A stretch of DNA of 64,000 bases, taken from assembly GCA_964270895.1 (NCBI GenBank), contig OZ185441.1; one strand, 5' to 3'. Shown piece by piece: positions 12,793-26,425 of this stretch. Positions within the stretch are counted from its first letter, which is position 1, and every line of letters begins with the position of its first letter. Made by a program: the position numbers and the translations under genes. The stretch is from Podarcis filfolensis (taxonomy: Eukaryota). The notes under the pieces were generated by a model, which was given only the letters and a program-made list of their open reading frames with translations, was not told the DNA's origin and made no database searches.

Positions 12793-13520
12793 GGTGTGTG
12801 GGGGTGTTAGGGGAAGAGTAATACCTCTGGTGGGGACACATGCTCCTTCTGGGGTAGACTGTTCACCTTTGGTCCCAACCCTGCACTCAGCTTTCACCTG
12901 TAGCTCCTAGAAGCTGTCAGCATGCAACAGTGGCCACACCCCAGGAATGGATTTGACTGACTGGCTGAAGGTAGCTGATGGGTCTCAAACCCTCAGTGAG
13001 TCTGGGTCTTTTCCTGCATGCGAAGACAGGCTATGATGGACTGAGTAGATGAAACCAACAGTGGGTCCAATGGTGAAAAGTACTGTTATTGTGCATGCTG
13101 CAGAGGGAAGTGCGGGGCAAATGAGTCTTTCAACTGGGAAAGGTAGCCCAACTAGAAGAAGGAATCTCTGATCCTAAATCTCTGCTGTCTCTTGTGGGAT
13201 ATATTCAGGAGAAGAAAAGTCTAAGGAGTAAACCCTACAGAAATCCAGAGTGGAGTCACTAAGCAGGTTGGATGGTGCCTTGTATGCCTCCTTTTGACAA
13301 CTCCTGCAGCCAAGCTGGTGCCGAATGTATTGCTCTGCTTTGCTATGGACCACATCAGTGAGACGAATATGGGGATCTTGTCATCTGAGCAGCCCAGGAC
13401 CTCCATACACACTGCCCATGTTTGCGCACCATGGAAGGTCACTTAGGTGCTGCTAACACAGTGGTGTGACTTCACCCCTGGAATCTCATTCCATTGTCTC
13501 TTGAGACAGACAGGAGCCAA
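12793..13520 (+). mobile_element. Probable RTE-clade LINE 5' non-coding fragment
   Basis: Resembles RTE 5' UTRs as recalled (CTCTGATCCTAAATCTCTGCTG...GGAGTAAACCC). No diagnostic ORF. Confidence 0.4.
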
Positions 13521-14029
13521 CAAATTATTTGTTAACTCTACATGTCAATGGACCAGCTTGTGTCTTTATACATGACAGTTGGTGTGTCACAGAATGGCAG
13601 CATAGGCAAGTTTAGGGTCTGCATTTATAGCTCTACACTTTCTTTAACTGATGAAATTTGAAGGTAGTCTAATAGTTGCTTTGAGACATATGATGAAAAG
13701 TGGGTTATAAATTTCTTAAATAAAAGAAAATGAAGTGATATACAATGATGACTGAAAGACCTAATATAAAAAGAATAATTTTAATGTCTGAAAATGTCTT
13801 CAGTGATTTTTTTCTTTGTATATGATGGAAATATGAGAGCATAAAATTATATTGGAAGGGGACTATATGTAAATCCTATAATGAAAAATAATGAAATCCC
13901 CCCCAATTTTACTGTGGTGTTACATTCTCAAACACCAGCAGAGGTGCTGAAAACTGAAGGCATAACATGGGTGACCACTTTGGAACATATACTTTATCCT
14001 GAAGCGCATTTATTTATTGATTATATATT

Positions 14030-14195
14030 TATTTTCCTCCAAGATACTTGGGGTGGCTTACATGTTCTCACACTCTTGATACTCAGAGAAAAACACAGCA
14101 AGAGCTTCATGACTGAGTACAGATTTGAACCCAGGTTGTCTAAGTCCTAGTTGGACACACTAACAGTTAAGATACTAACTATTACACTAAACTGG
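14030..14195 (-). mobile_element. Degenerate tRNA-derived SINE, same type as 725-911
   Basis: GATTTGAACCCAGG (reverse B-box-like) and overall similarity to the 725-911 copy. Confidence 0.4.
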
Positions 14196-14667
14196 TGGTT
14201 TAAATGCTTTTGTAATATAATGTGTTAGTGTAAACTGGTTTTGGAGAGCAGTCTCCATTATCAAAGGAAATAATAACCACAAATAAACACTTGTCAGAAG
14301 CAACTCATTTCTTGGAAAGACTTCACCCCCTCTCTCAAAAGACTGACTAATCAGAATGCATCATTAAGAAAATGAATGGATAAATTTGTGTGTATGTGAA
14401 CCACCACCCCGGGAAACTATTAGTAACTCATTATGTTCAGAAATTTATATTTTGAAGAACTTTTATAAAACATTGAAAACGAAGAGGAAAATCCACATTA
14501 TGTAATCTCTATGAAGGCAGAACGAACTCTTGCAGACCCTTGATGACTTCCATTTGCATGAAGTTTGACAAATATATGAACTTATTCCCCTAACAGTAAT
14601 CCATGCCAGACATTCAAACAGCAGACAAAATGAAGGAACACAGTATTGTCTGCACTGAACATAGTCA

Positions 14668-14691
14668 GTCACACGGGGTCGCAATTGCCTA
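14668..14691 (+). promoter_or_regulatory. CSE/CTCF-type promoter element of V3
   Basis: GTCACACGGGGTCGCAATTGCCTA, 225 bp upstream of the ATG. Core is CGCA. Confidence 0.7.
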
Positions 14692-14892
14692 AACAATCCT
14701 ATTGGAAACCTCTAAATACAGCTCTCTACCTTTAAAAAGGCATTTGAAGAAAAAAGACAGGAGACAACTGGATACGATTACATGATCCAGAGAGATTTCT
14801 ATCAGTGATGCTACTCCCTGGTGTTCCCTAGATCACCTGGATCAGCTGCATTTGAAACAAACATCTTGGAAGCATCCTAATCTCAAATCTCC

Positions 14893-17253
14893 ATGGTTAT
14901 TATGCGGATAGAATTCTGGGTGAGGAGGAGGCTGCTGCAGCTGGTTCTTCTCCACACAGCCTGGGAAATGGGGAGCGGCCAGCTCCATTATTCTGTGCCG
15001 GAGGAATCCCAGCATGGCACCTTTGTGGGCCGCATTGCCCAGGATCTGGGGCTGGAGGTGAGTGAGCTGGTGCCTCGGCTGTTCCGGGTGGAATCTCAAG
15101 GCCACGAGGACTATTTCAAGGTAAATTTGCAGAATGGGATTTTGTTTGTTAATTCCCGGATAGACAGGGAGGAGCTGTGTGCCAAGAGCCCTTTGTGCTC
15201 CATCCACCTGGAGGTGATTGTGGATAAACCCCTGAAAGTCTTCCATGTGGAAGTGGAGATTGCAGACATAAATGACAATGCCCCCATTTTCTCTGTCACA
15301 GAGCAAACATTGATTATTGCAGAATCAAGATTGCCATATACTCCTTTCCCACTGGAGAGTGCTTCTGATGCAGATATTGGCAGCAATGCTCTGCTAACTT
15401 ACAAGATCAATCCAAATGATTATTTCAAGCTGAATGTAGTAACAAATGAAGCCCACACTAAATCTGCTGGGCTAGAATTAAAGAAACCATTAGACAGAGA
15501 AGACATATCTGTGCACCATTTATTACTGACAGCCACAGATGGTGGTAAGCCAGAGCTCACAGGAACAGTCCAGCTTGTGATAAATGTATTGGATGTAAAT
15601 GATAATGCTCCATTATTCAACCAATCTGTTTACAAAGTCAGAATACCAGAGAATCCAGTTAATGGAACACACATAATAACACTCAATGCCACAGACTTGG
15701 ATGAAGGTATTTCTAAGGATGTTACTTATTCCTTTAGCAGCCTAGTACCTCCCAAAGTTAAACATACCTTCCAAATAAGTGAAAGCACTGGTGAAATCAA
15801 GGTTATAGGACCAATAGATTACGAAGACATTAATTTGTGGGAAATTCAAGTTGTAGCAGAAGATAAAGGCAATCCTCCTTTGGCTGGACACTGTCAAGTA
15901 ATAATAGAGATTCTAGACATGAATGACAACATCCCTCAGCTTTCACTGAAATCCCTGTCAGTGCCTGTGCCTGAGGACTCCCCACAAGGTACTGTGGTGG
16001 CTTTGATTAGTATCTCAGACAGAGACTCTGGACCCAATGGGCAAGTGAGCTGCTCCTTGTGGCCTTCTGGGATTCCCTTCAAGTTGGTATCCACCTTCAA
16101 GAATTACTACTCACTGATGTTGGAAGAAACACTGGATCGGGAACAGATGGCTGAGTATGTGCTAGTGGTGATGGCTCACGATGAAGGGATTCCATCACTG
16201 TCAGCTAGCAGCACCTTGTTGGTGCCCATTGGTGATGTGAATGACAATGCACCTGCTTTTGCTCAGCCCTCCTACACGGTCTTTGTGAAAGAGAACAACC
16301 CACCAGGTGCTCACATCTTCACAGTGTCTGCTTCAGACCCAGATGTGGCTGAGAACAGCCTGATCAGCTACTGGATTGATGAGAAGCTTTGGCCACTGAC
16401 AAGCTACATCTCAGTTCATTCAGAGAGTGGGAAGGTCTATGCCTTGCAACCCTTGGACTATGAAGAGCTGAAGCTGCTGGAGTTCCAAGTGAGGGCCAAG
16501 GATGCTGGGCTGCCCTCCCTGTGTGGCAATGTGACTATTCAGGTCTTTGTGGTGGACGAGAATGACAATGCACCTGAAGTATCTAGGGCAGCAGAGTCCC
16601 CCATCATGTTGGTCGTCCCAATAAAAGCTGGACATGCAGTGGGCAAGATCCATGCCCTGGATGCTGACTCGGGTTACAATGCATGGTTGCGCTATGAGCT
16701 GCATGAAGCCAATAATGGCCCCTGGCGGGTGGGGCTTTATAGTGGTGAGATTAGCACCACACGTGCCCTGGATGAAGCAGCAGGCAGTGGTGGCAGCCAG
16801 AATATTTTAGTGTTGGTAAAGGACCATGGCAAACCAGTGCTGTCAGCTACAGCCACCCTGAGTGTGTCACTTGTGGCAAGCACCCAGGCAGTTCAGGCTG
16901 ATGCCCACCTTGTCAGGATGGGAGGGAGCCCAAAGCCCCAGGTGGAAAATGTCAACGTCTACCTGATCATTGCCATCTGCTCTGTGTCCAGCTTGTTCCT
17001 GCTGGTGATCATAGTATACATCTCCCTGCGTTGCCGTTGCCAGGCCAAGGAGGCCATGGTGTATGGTCCTGGCACAACCACGCTGGTATGTGCCAGTGAA
17101 GTGGGCAGCTGGTCTTATTCAAATCGTCACAGCCACATCCTGGCAGGTGTGAGCGGGGAGGCTGGTGCCAAAAGTGATCTCATGGTTTTCACTCCAAATG
17201 TTCCTGTATTTGCAATGAATGGGGATGCAGGAAATGGAAATTCATCAGATGAG
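14893..17253 (+). CDS. PCDHA: Protocadherin-alpha variable exon V3
   Basis: 787 codons, alpha signatures intact. Phase-0 donor GAG|GTGAGT at 17253/17254. Confidence 0.95.
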
Positions 17254-17689
17254 GTGAGTTATATGGAATCTTTAAAATCTTTGCAGTTCTCTCTTTGTTA
17301 TACCTTCTTGGTGTGAAAACACTGAAGCAAAATGTGCTATTATGGAAAGCAGAGCTATCAAACATTTTGGGGCTTTATGTTAAAAAAATAAAAAAATTCT
17401 GCTCAAAGTTTCTAAGAAAGTTTAAAAGGCTTCTTTCAAAGTTAAACCCTAAAATGTACATCATAAAAATGTAATGTTTTTATAATGTAAACTGCTCTAT
17501 GATCTTCAGATGAAGGGTAGTATAGAATTTGAATAAGGCTAATCTCTGAAATAAAAATACCACAGAAAGCCAGAGACAAACCATCCAATCAAGGCCAAAG
17601 CCCAGTAAGTAAAATAAAATCTGTGTTTGTTATAAAACTGCAGAGTCAAGGAATGCTGCAACATAGATTATGCAATTTAAAAGGCCCTT

Positions 17690-17834
17690 CAGTGCTCCCC
17701 CCCCCAAAAAAAGTTTAGGGGTACTCTCATTTTCCTACTCATAATGAAACATTGCCCCTCAATGAGGCCAAACTTAGATTCACAAAATGTTTAGGGGTGT
17801 GTGTACCCCTGCGTTCCCCCAGAAAAAAGCACTG
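17690..17834. mobile_element. Short non-autonomous DNA transposon (MITE-like)
   Basis: Ends CAGTGCT... / ...AAAAAAGCACTG with internal inverted GGGGTAC/GTACCCC segments. No TSD found. Confidence 0.4.
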
Positions 17835-20210
17835 GTCTTATATCTCTCTCCATTTCTTTCTTAAAAGTTATCCTCGTTAACTTCCAGGTTTAAGGTAAGT
17901 ACAGCAGTGTTTGTCTTTACATTTAAAAAGTGCTAAGTTTATTCATACTCATGATCTTTGGTGCACCTCCACTGAGAATGTTGTGGAAATATGGGTGCAG
18001 GTTCTACTGATCTTATTTGATAAAGGGGTGGTTGGATCCTGAAATAACACACTGTAGCTTTTCCTGTAAAGGAGGTCCTTTATAGGGTATTGTAAGGGAA
18101 AAGAAAAAAAGAAAAAAAGACACTCAGTCCTAATATCTGTGCAATGATGAGCTGAGGAACTCTCTTTTTGCGATTGGGGGTGGAGGGGGCGGGGAGTGCT
18201 GCATTCAATGTCCTTCTCCAAATGGGAAGGCTTCTGATTGGAGACCTCCCCGAATGGAAGAGGCAATTTTTGCCAATTCACTCTTTTTCCTACAGGAATT
18301 TGCACCGCCTTCCACTCTGTTCTGGAGGGTCTTAGAATTCACAGGGACCTGTAGAGCAGAGGCCATATAAGTGAAAATGGTCTCCCTTTTTCCATTAGGA
18401 CAGATCCACTAGGTCAATAACACTTCCACAAATGAAAGGACTCCTTTGTGGATGGACAATTATGTATGCAAACCTATAAATAGAACTTCAGTTTCTCATG
18501 TCTGATGTCTTCATTATAAATATGTATAAAAATATATATTATGGGGTGCCAGTTTGTGTAAAGATTAGATGGCAATGCAACTAGCCTGAGATTAGCATTG
18601 ATTGTAGTGTTGCTGTAGTGTTTTGCATTATTTTATTCAACAGACATAGAAGAAATATTTCGTACTGAGTATGCTTCAGATCTGCAGATCATTGGATGTG
18701 CTGTTTCTGTAGCTTGGGAGCTTAACCATTAGCCAGCCTTGTAGTTCCTTCTGACCCCTCCCTCTGCAGAAAGAGCCTGGAACCTGGACATGTCATCAAC
18801 TGCCAGAGTCTCAAAGATTATTCTGAAACACACCGCAACATATCCTTAGAATAATAGTATGTTTGTGTATGTTTTAATTGGAAGCCACATTTGGAGCCAA
18901 CATAGGCAGAAAAATTGAGTGAAAATGTAAAATAAGAATACCGTACATTTAGGATAGTACAGACTAAATCATTCTCAGAATAGATCCATCAAAATCACAA
19001 CTAACAAGATATTTCAATGGGTTTCTTCTGAGCAAGACTTAGTTGGATATCATTATTAATCTGTACAGATAGGCAGGAAAAACAAAATATAGTGGGTGGA
19101 ATTCAATGTTGCACTCTTCCAATCATTCTCACAAGCATTCCAGCTTACCAAATGAATCAATAGCCCTCTACTCCCACTGGCTCGCTGTTCTGGGAGTTCT
19201 GCTACCTCTCATAATTGAATTTTTGGACAGGGTGGGGGGTGGGAGGAAGGGAAACCATACAAGTGGAAAGCCTTGCACAGGGCTTCCACTGATGGGGCTG
19301 GTTAGGTGAATCCTTGGCAGTGTATCTCAGATAATGGAGCAAACAGCAATCCTTTAATAAATTGCAAAAAATATGGAAGTAGCAATGAAAAGATCAGCCT
19401 AATCATCCAAAAAGGGCTACTGTGATAGGAAGTTGCACATACTGTAAGCAGACTGACTTTCTTGCAGGCAAGCTACTGTAATCTCTACTGAACCAGTACT
19501 GAATGACAAGGATTATAAAAATGTAGCTATATGCTTGCAGATGTTGAAAAGGATTTTGAGTGAGTAGAGTGGATTAATATATCTCTCTACAGAACTTTTA
19601 ATGAGGGACTCTGCTTTTGAATTATGTAGTAAGTTTTTTTTTAATTTTATTGTATCTAAAAGAGCGTATAAGACTTATAAGTACAATTAAGTATATAGCA
19701 TAAACAATTACCACTAAATTATATAAAAATAAAGAAAGAAGAATATACACATGACATAAGTAATATACTACCATGATGCAAATAAATTATAAGGGTATAT
19801 ATTATCTTCATATTTATATTTCCAAATATAATAAAAATTGACATTGTTCTATAACTCTGTATATTTGCTCATATCCCTCTCTCCTATAATACAGGTTTTT
19901 TTAAATAATGCAACAATGTTCCAAATTATTACTTGTCTAGAATTGGTAGTACAAACTTTAGCAATAACTAACCTTACAGCTATCAGTAATTTTATTATTG
20001 TTTCAGAATCTGCCTCTGGTACAATACCCTCCAAATAATTCAATAACCGTATTTAGAAATCATTTGGTAAGAAATATCCAGTTATTTCTGAGGCGAATTT
20101 TTGAGTATCAGTAATAATTCTGAATTACTGAGCAAAATGTATGTAAACAGTCTGCAAGATGATTGCTACATCTCCAACATTCATCTTATGTGGTTGGGTA
20201 TATCTTAGTG

Positions 20211-20416
20211 CAGAACTTTCCAAATTATGTGTCACAACACGTTAGTGTGTTGGCTGCAGTGTGTAGGTGTGTTACGTTAACACTCCCTTCTCTCCTCCCG
20301 GGGCTGGAAAGGGGTTAGTTTAACTTCTGGTCTGCTAGTAAAACTGAATTACTGTGTCACAAAATGATGCATGTCTAAAAAGTGTGTCACCAACATGATA
20401 AGTTTGGAAAGCTCTG
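20211..20416. mobile_element. hAT-type MITE with 8-bp TSD
   Basis: TIR CAGAACTTTCCAAA / TTTGGAAAGCTCTG. Perfect TSD TCTTAGTG at 20203-20210 and 20417-20424. Confidence 0.85.
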
Positions 20417-22601
20417 TCTTAGTGAGTCTACATTGAGTTAAATACCACTGATACTGGATCTTGTAAATGTTTTCCTTAAATCCATAGATATAATTGAAAG
20501 AGAACTATCTTCCCAAATCCAAGGTTAACTCTTTTAAGTCTCTGGCCCATTTCCTTATGAACGTTCCAGTTTTATTCTAAAGTTTCATAATTATGGAATG
20601 CATATTAGCAGTTCACAGTTTGATATTATAGTAGTTAGAATTTCAAATTCAGTTTCCTCCCTTGAGACACAATGTTTTCTTAGTAAACATAGAAATGCTT
20701 CTTTTATTAGAAAATGCTAATATAATTGTGGCTGAAGACCACCCATAATTTTAATAACTTTTGTGTATCATTTAATTTCTTGCCTGGATATGTTGTTCTT
20801 AACACTGTCCTCTTCTGTTTGATACCATAATGTCAAATCCCCTATCATCCTTTGTGTATGTGATAGCAATATGTTATGAAATAATGTGCGGGATGATAAA
20901 GCTGGGAAGATTTTCTTAATTAATTTATACCAACTTATTAGAGCACTGTGAACATATGGTACCTTCCTAGCAAACTTTTCCCAATTCTTCTGGAACCATA
21001 ACATTGTCTTTGATTGACTCTTTAAAATAGTTTTCTGGTAGTGTGATCAGATACCACTCCATGATAGATGTTAGCTTTGCAGCATAAGAAGTTTTGTATA
21101 TTTGGAACTCCCATACTCCCCTTTTCAGTTTGTTTTACTGCAACAACTGGACCCTCGCCATGCAACCCCAAATGGATTAATGCCATATTTGCAAAATATG
21201 GGACTTGTAATGGAATACTCAAAAATAAATAAATAAATAAATAGAAAATAGACATTTTAGCAATTGCAATACGAGCCTTCCAAGAAACTGGATCCAAGAT
21301 CTTAATGCTGATTCCATCTCCTGGTGCAATTTTTCATAATTGATTCAAATTAATTGTGACAAATTATGAAGAATCATTTAACAGGTTTAGATTACCAAGT
21401 TATATATACAGTTTCTGTTCATTCTTTTTTTCAACTCTTTATCTGAAGCTAGGCCTATCTATTCAGATTTTCTAGAGTTTATATATTGATATTTCCCCCA
21501 TATCTATCGCATATCTTTTTAGATGTCTATAAGAAGTATTAAGGATATGCTAATGTTTAAAAGATGCCATCCATTATGAGCAAGATATTTTTTGTATGAA
21601 TTACCCCTATCACATTTAATACATTTCAAATTCTTCTCTAATTGCTATAATTGCTCTAACTTAATAATTGCTCAAATTTAATGTAATTGCTCTAATTGTT
21701 TGATAGCTAAAACAAAAAATAGAGGTAAAAATGGGCATCCTTGCCTATTTATTCTGCACAGTGAAAAAAGATCTAAGAGATAGCCAGTCATCTGTACCTG
21801 TGCTGTTGGCGTCTGATATAAAAGTTGGATCTAGGACCCGAAATTTAAACCCAGTTTGAAATAGTTCATAACGTTTATCAGCTATTTCCACTCCACTCTA
21901 TCAAAAGCCTTTTTGGGATCTAAAAATAACAGTACAGATGTTAGTTTTTTATCTTATTATCATATTAATAATGAAAAGGTTATTTTCATATTAGTTTATC
22001 ATTTTCTGTCTCTCAAGAATCCAGTCAATATCTATGTACTTCACAATGATGGATATTGCTTTTTCTGCAATATTACAGAAGTAGATTTTCACACCTTGGT
22101 TTAACAATGAAATGGATCTATAAGATTCCTGGTTTGCTAGGTATTCATTAGGTTTAGATATCATGGTGATTTTGCCATATCCCACGAGCCTGTCAATTTC
22201 TTTTACCATATTGATTTATTGAACCACAAGAGTGGTTGTTCTAGGTCCTCAAGAGGTTTTATAACATCCATCTGGTAAACCCACCTGGGCTGGGAGGTTT
22301 GTCATTTAAATATTAATTATCATCAGTCTTACCTATGATAAAGAAAAGGGAGCCTCTAGTTTTCTCTGGATATCATTAGATATTTTTGGTATATTTAAAT
22401 TTCTTTAAAATCATTAATTTCTTCACTAATTCAAGTTACCTGCCATAATTATGTATCTATTATAAAATCTATCTAATTGAATCTATTTTTAAAATTGAAT
22501 ATCCCTTGTGAGTTATGTGGACCATATATAAATACTAACATGTTCTTTCCCCATCATCTCTCAATATTTCTGGATTAACCCATTTTTAACTAATACCACT
22601 A

Positions 22602-22830
22602 CAGTGGTACCTCGGGTTACATACGCTTCGGGTTACAGACTCTGCTAACCCAGAAATATTACCTCGGGTTAAGAACTTTGCTTCAGGATGAGAACAGAAA
22701 TTGTGCGGCAGTGGCGCAGCGGCAGCAGCAGGAGGCCCCATTAGCTAAAGTAGTGCTTCAGGTTAAGAACAGTTTCAGGTTAAGAACGGACCTCCGGAAC
22801 AAATTAAATACTTAACCCGAGGTACCACTG
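22602..22830 (+). mobile_element. Tc1/mariner-pogo type MITE, copy A
   Basis: Perfect 18-bp TIR CAGTGGTACCTCGGGTTA with TA on both sides. Four related copies in the window; strand is relative to this copy. Confidence 0.9.
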
Positions 22831-23425
22831 TACTTCTGAAGCAGTGAAGACTTGTCCTAATCTAATTTCATTCAGATATTTCCCCTGCTTTTATCTGTAT
22901 TTCTTGCAGAAATATAGAACCTGCATTTTCTGAACACAATTTTCATGTAAATTTCCAGCATTTCAATGAAGAGTTCAGCACCTTTACATATCAATGAGAG
23001 AGTTCTTACTGAATTTGTTTTATGGTCATTTAACAATTAAAACAAAACACTAACAAGGAGAAAAAAGTGAACCTTATTCTCACTAATTATTTTATCTTCT
23101 TCAGATTTATTAGAGTTTACTGATCTGAGATAGCTTGTTCCTTTGCTTCCTTCAGAGAATCTTGCTCAGCTCTTTCCCCAGTATTATTTATTTGTCTTCT
23201 CTGGTTTTCTTTATTCTTAAATTAATTTTTTATTCTGATTTTGTTGTATTCCTGTCTGTGGCCGTTATCTAACATTATCTGGCATGGAAATTTCCTCTAT
23301 ATATGCTTTCAGCTGTAAAGCTTCCTTCCCTGTCTTAATCTTAACCTCTTTTAAAAACAAACAAACAAAATAATTAACTTAAAAGGGGACAGAGCGAGCA
23401 AGCGAGAGAGCTGGCCATTGATGTA

Positions 23426-23667
23426 CAGTGGTACCTCGGGTTAAGAACTTAATTCGTTTTGGAGGTCCGTTCTTAACCTGAAACTGTTCTTAACCTGAGG
23501 TACCACTTTAGCTAATAGGGCCTCCTGCTGCCGCCGCGCCACCAAAGCACGATTTCTGTTCTTATCCTGAAACAAAGTTCTTAGCCCGAGGTACTATTTC
23601 TGGGTTAGCGGAGTATGTAACCAGAAGCATCTGTAACCTAAAGTGTCTGTAACCCGAGGTATCATTG
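23426..23667 (-). mobile_element. Same MITE family, copy B (inverted relative to A)
   Basis: TA-CAGTGGTACCTCGGGTTAAG...TAACCCGAGGTATCATTG-TA. The interior is the reverse complement of copy A. Confidence 0.9.
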
Positions 23668-25233
23668 TAAGAAACTTAAATTAATTTTCCTTCAAAGTAT
23701 CAGGATGAATAATTAAATTGACCAAGATGACTTTAGCATAAGTTGCTTTTCTTAAATTGCTATGGCCAGTCTTGATTTTACTTTCTCCTCTGAAACAACT
23801 TCAGTACCAATTGTACATAATCTATCAAGCTGTATGTAATTTGATAGATGTTCTTCTAAAATGGTGACTGTGTCCTCCCTTTCTGTGTATTCTGGGAGGC
23901 TTCTAAGTTTTTAATTCTTCTTGTGTTGTTCCTGGGTTGTTTCCTCAAATCATGTTTACTGACTTTGAGAGCTATATTTTATGTCTTTTGCTTTCACTTC
24001 TCACAATAGTTTAAATTCTGTCTTTGTTGTTTCCATTTTTTCTATTTTCATACTAACGGCTGCAACTCCCTTTTCCATATCAACCACAGCCTTTTCAGTA
24101 TTGTTCACTTTTCCTACAACTAATTGTAGGGAATTGTTTTTGAGTACATTGAATGTATGAAATGTAACTAATAGGTAAAATAATATTTAAATACCTTCTA
24201 GTGTTATGAGTTCTTAATATTGTTTTGCATGTTTCCATATTTATAGTAATAATTTAAAATATTTTCATCTGCTGAGTCAAATTCTGAGCCTTGCAATTTT
24301 ACTGTTTACCTCTTTTATATTTAATCAAAATTTACCTTTGGGTGGAAAGAAGATCAACTGAATTACCCAAAGCATAAGAAAGTGCAGAATGCTTTCACTT
24401 TGTGTCTCATCTGTTTCTCCTCTTTGTAATTCTTAAATTAAAATTGCAATACAAGAGAAATAGTGCTTCTGATCCTTTACAGAGGGTTTTTTAATTACTT
24501 TTTGATGACTGTAGCAGGTTTAACTTCTTGTGAGGTAGGTCAGTCATCGAGACAAGTGAAGCAAGAACAATGTCCAGGAAGATGAAAATGCAGCTTGGTT
24601 AAAAGTATCTTGGAGCACATTTGCCAGGACAGTAAATGAAACCTATTGGGTTTCATGACTAACTGTTCCCATTGATTTCAGTGCCACTTAGGTGTGTCTA
24701 AGGCTGCAGTCCTGTACCCATATACTGGCAGTAAGCCCCATGGAACTTAGTGGGTAGACCTTGACAGTGAAGGCAGGGGTGGGTTTGTCAACCCCGTGTT
24801 AGTATCATATAATGCATTTCCACCATCAGAGTTCTAGTATTAGGGGAGCTATTATATTTGTGAAACTAACAAAAGCCCTAAATGACGGTTCTTAACTTTT
24901 TAAAAAACGGCAAATTATTTAGTTAGGACTTAGGTGGAAATTCTCAAATATGCCACCTGATCCTATGCATACTCACTCAGAAATGAGCCCAACTGTGTTA
25001 AATGGTGATTGATGCCAGGTAAGTCTTTATGGGTGCAATCTCAAGCCCTGTGGACTCTTAGGTATGCTTACGATTGCAATCTGCTGTTGATTTGAAAAGA
25101 ACTTGCTAGAACTAGAAGCACTATCCCACCTTTTTATTGGCTGAACTAGAATTTTTATGCAAACATGAGCAAATGTTGTGTAAAGATTAAGCAGCTGCTT
25201 CCCCTCCCATTTCTCTGCTCAAGATTCCAGCAT

Positions 25234-25601
25234 TGAAATATACTCAGAGTCACAAAGTGATTTCATGCTCTTTATTCAGCTCATAGTGGTGAGGAGGAGT
25301 GAATGAATGTCCCCTCAAAGTATCTGCTTTATATACATTATTTACACAATGGGCTGCACATGATTGGCTAATTCCGGAATTCTACTGTAAGCCAATCAGG
25401 TTGTGGATTCACCTATCTGGGGCATGATTGGGTGGTTCCTGCCAACCAATCATACTGCTGCATTGTTCTAGGACCAATCAGACTGCTGCATTCTGAATCC
25501 TATTGTTCTAGGACCAATCAGACTGCTGCCTTTTGGATCCTATTGTTCTAGGACCAATCAGACTACTGCAGTTTGGATCCTATTCAACTCAGTACATAAC
25601 A
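25234..25601 (-). mobile_element. Solo LTR (368 bp) with 5-bp TSD
   Basis: TG...CA termini. TSD AGCAT at 25229-25233 and 25602-25606. The minus strand has a TATA-like GTATATAAAG followed by AATAAA. Three 40-bp internal repeats (25462-25581) and seven CCAAT/ATTGG boxes. Confidence 0.85.
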
Positions 25602-26157
25602 AGCATCATCTGCAAGGCCCATCACATTGCGGTGCAATGTCTAGTGTGCATTGTTGTGTCCCTATATAACTCATTCAGTGTCTACTCCTCTCAACTCTTG
25701 AGAGTTACAGGCTATTAAGCATGGAGTTGCATGCCAGAGGTTGCTGAAAAGTGTATGATAAGAGAGGGCTACATGCTATTACATATAACAGGCACTTTGA
25801 TCTTGAAAAATACATGTCACTTTCCCCCAATAAACGTATAAGAGCATAATCAAGTGTCGTATCACTTCAATATCAATTGGTGAATGAGCCTTCATGGATC
25901 TAACACAACTGGCAGAACTTTCTTATCACTTGGTGCCAGCACAAGTGCAACCCTTCTTGGAGGAGCCATTCAGATATAAGCTGTTATGATAACTGAGTGT
26001 GCAACAGTAATGTTGTAATGTGAACCACCACATTAGAAGTATGAATGGACTTTAATAACTTCAGTTGAAAGTAGAAGTGCATAAAATCTCTGAAGAACAG
26101 GCGCTTATCACAAAATGTTTCATAGTTTAGTCACCTGCTTCTCCATTTCTACAATCA

Positions 26158-26181
26158 TTCGCTAGAGGTCACTGTTGCCTA
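26158..26181 (+). promoter_or_regulatory. CSE/CTCF-type promoter element of V4
   Basis: TTCGCTAGAGGTCACTGTTGCCTA, 288 bp upstream of the first ATG. Flanks align with the V6 and V7 promoters. Confidence 0.75.
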
Positions 26182-26381
26182 AGGAAATATTTAAGAAGAA
26201 AGAACATTCAGAGCTCCTCCCTCAGAGTGACTGAAAACCCTGCCTGTCAGATTCACAATGGGGCTATCAAGCACAGAATGCAAGAGCACCGGCGTCTATT
26301 CAAATGACTTCACAAATACCAATTCAGATGGGCTCCTTGGACTCTGCTCTACACTACATTAGAGAAAAGGATTTATAAAAA

Positions 26382-26425
26382 GGAAGGAAGGAAGAAAAGA
26401 AGGAAGGAAGGAAGGAAGGAAGGAA
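26382..26425. repeat. (GGAA)n microsatellite between the V4 CSE and ATG
   Basis: (GGAA)3 GAAAAGAA (GGAA)6, ending 20 bp before ATG 26446. Confidence 0.95.

Larger units (their letters stand above)
19640..24330 (-). mobile_element. Old degraded L1 (ORF2 RT and C-terminus, probable ORF1 remnant) carrying nested insertions
   Basis: Minus-strand fragments YRSISLLNQGVKI (RT), a LDxxKAFDRVEW-like stretch near 21890-21930, KARIAIAKM...GVPNI and LEGIVPE...LLIAVRLVIAK. Frameshifted. Boundaries approximate. Confidence 0.7.

Noticed and set aside
18176-19253. G-rich tracts with G-quadruplex or Sp1 potential (near 18176-18198 and 19224-19245)
   Set aside because: Isolated, not conserved among paralogous spacers, and common in such genomes.
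25462-25581. 40-bp direct repeats resembling a CRISPR-like array
   Set aside because: Vertebrate DNA, no unique spacers, and the repeats sit inside a solo LTR with a TSD.
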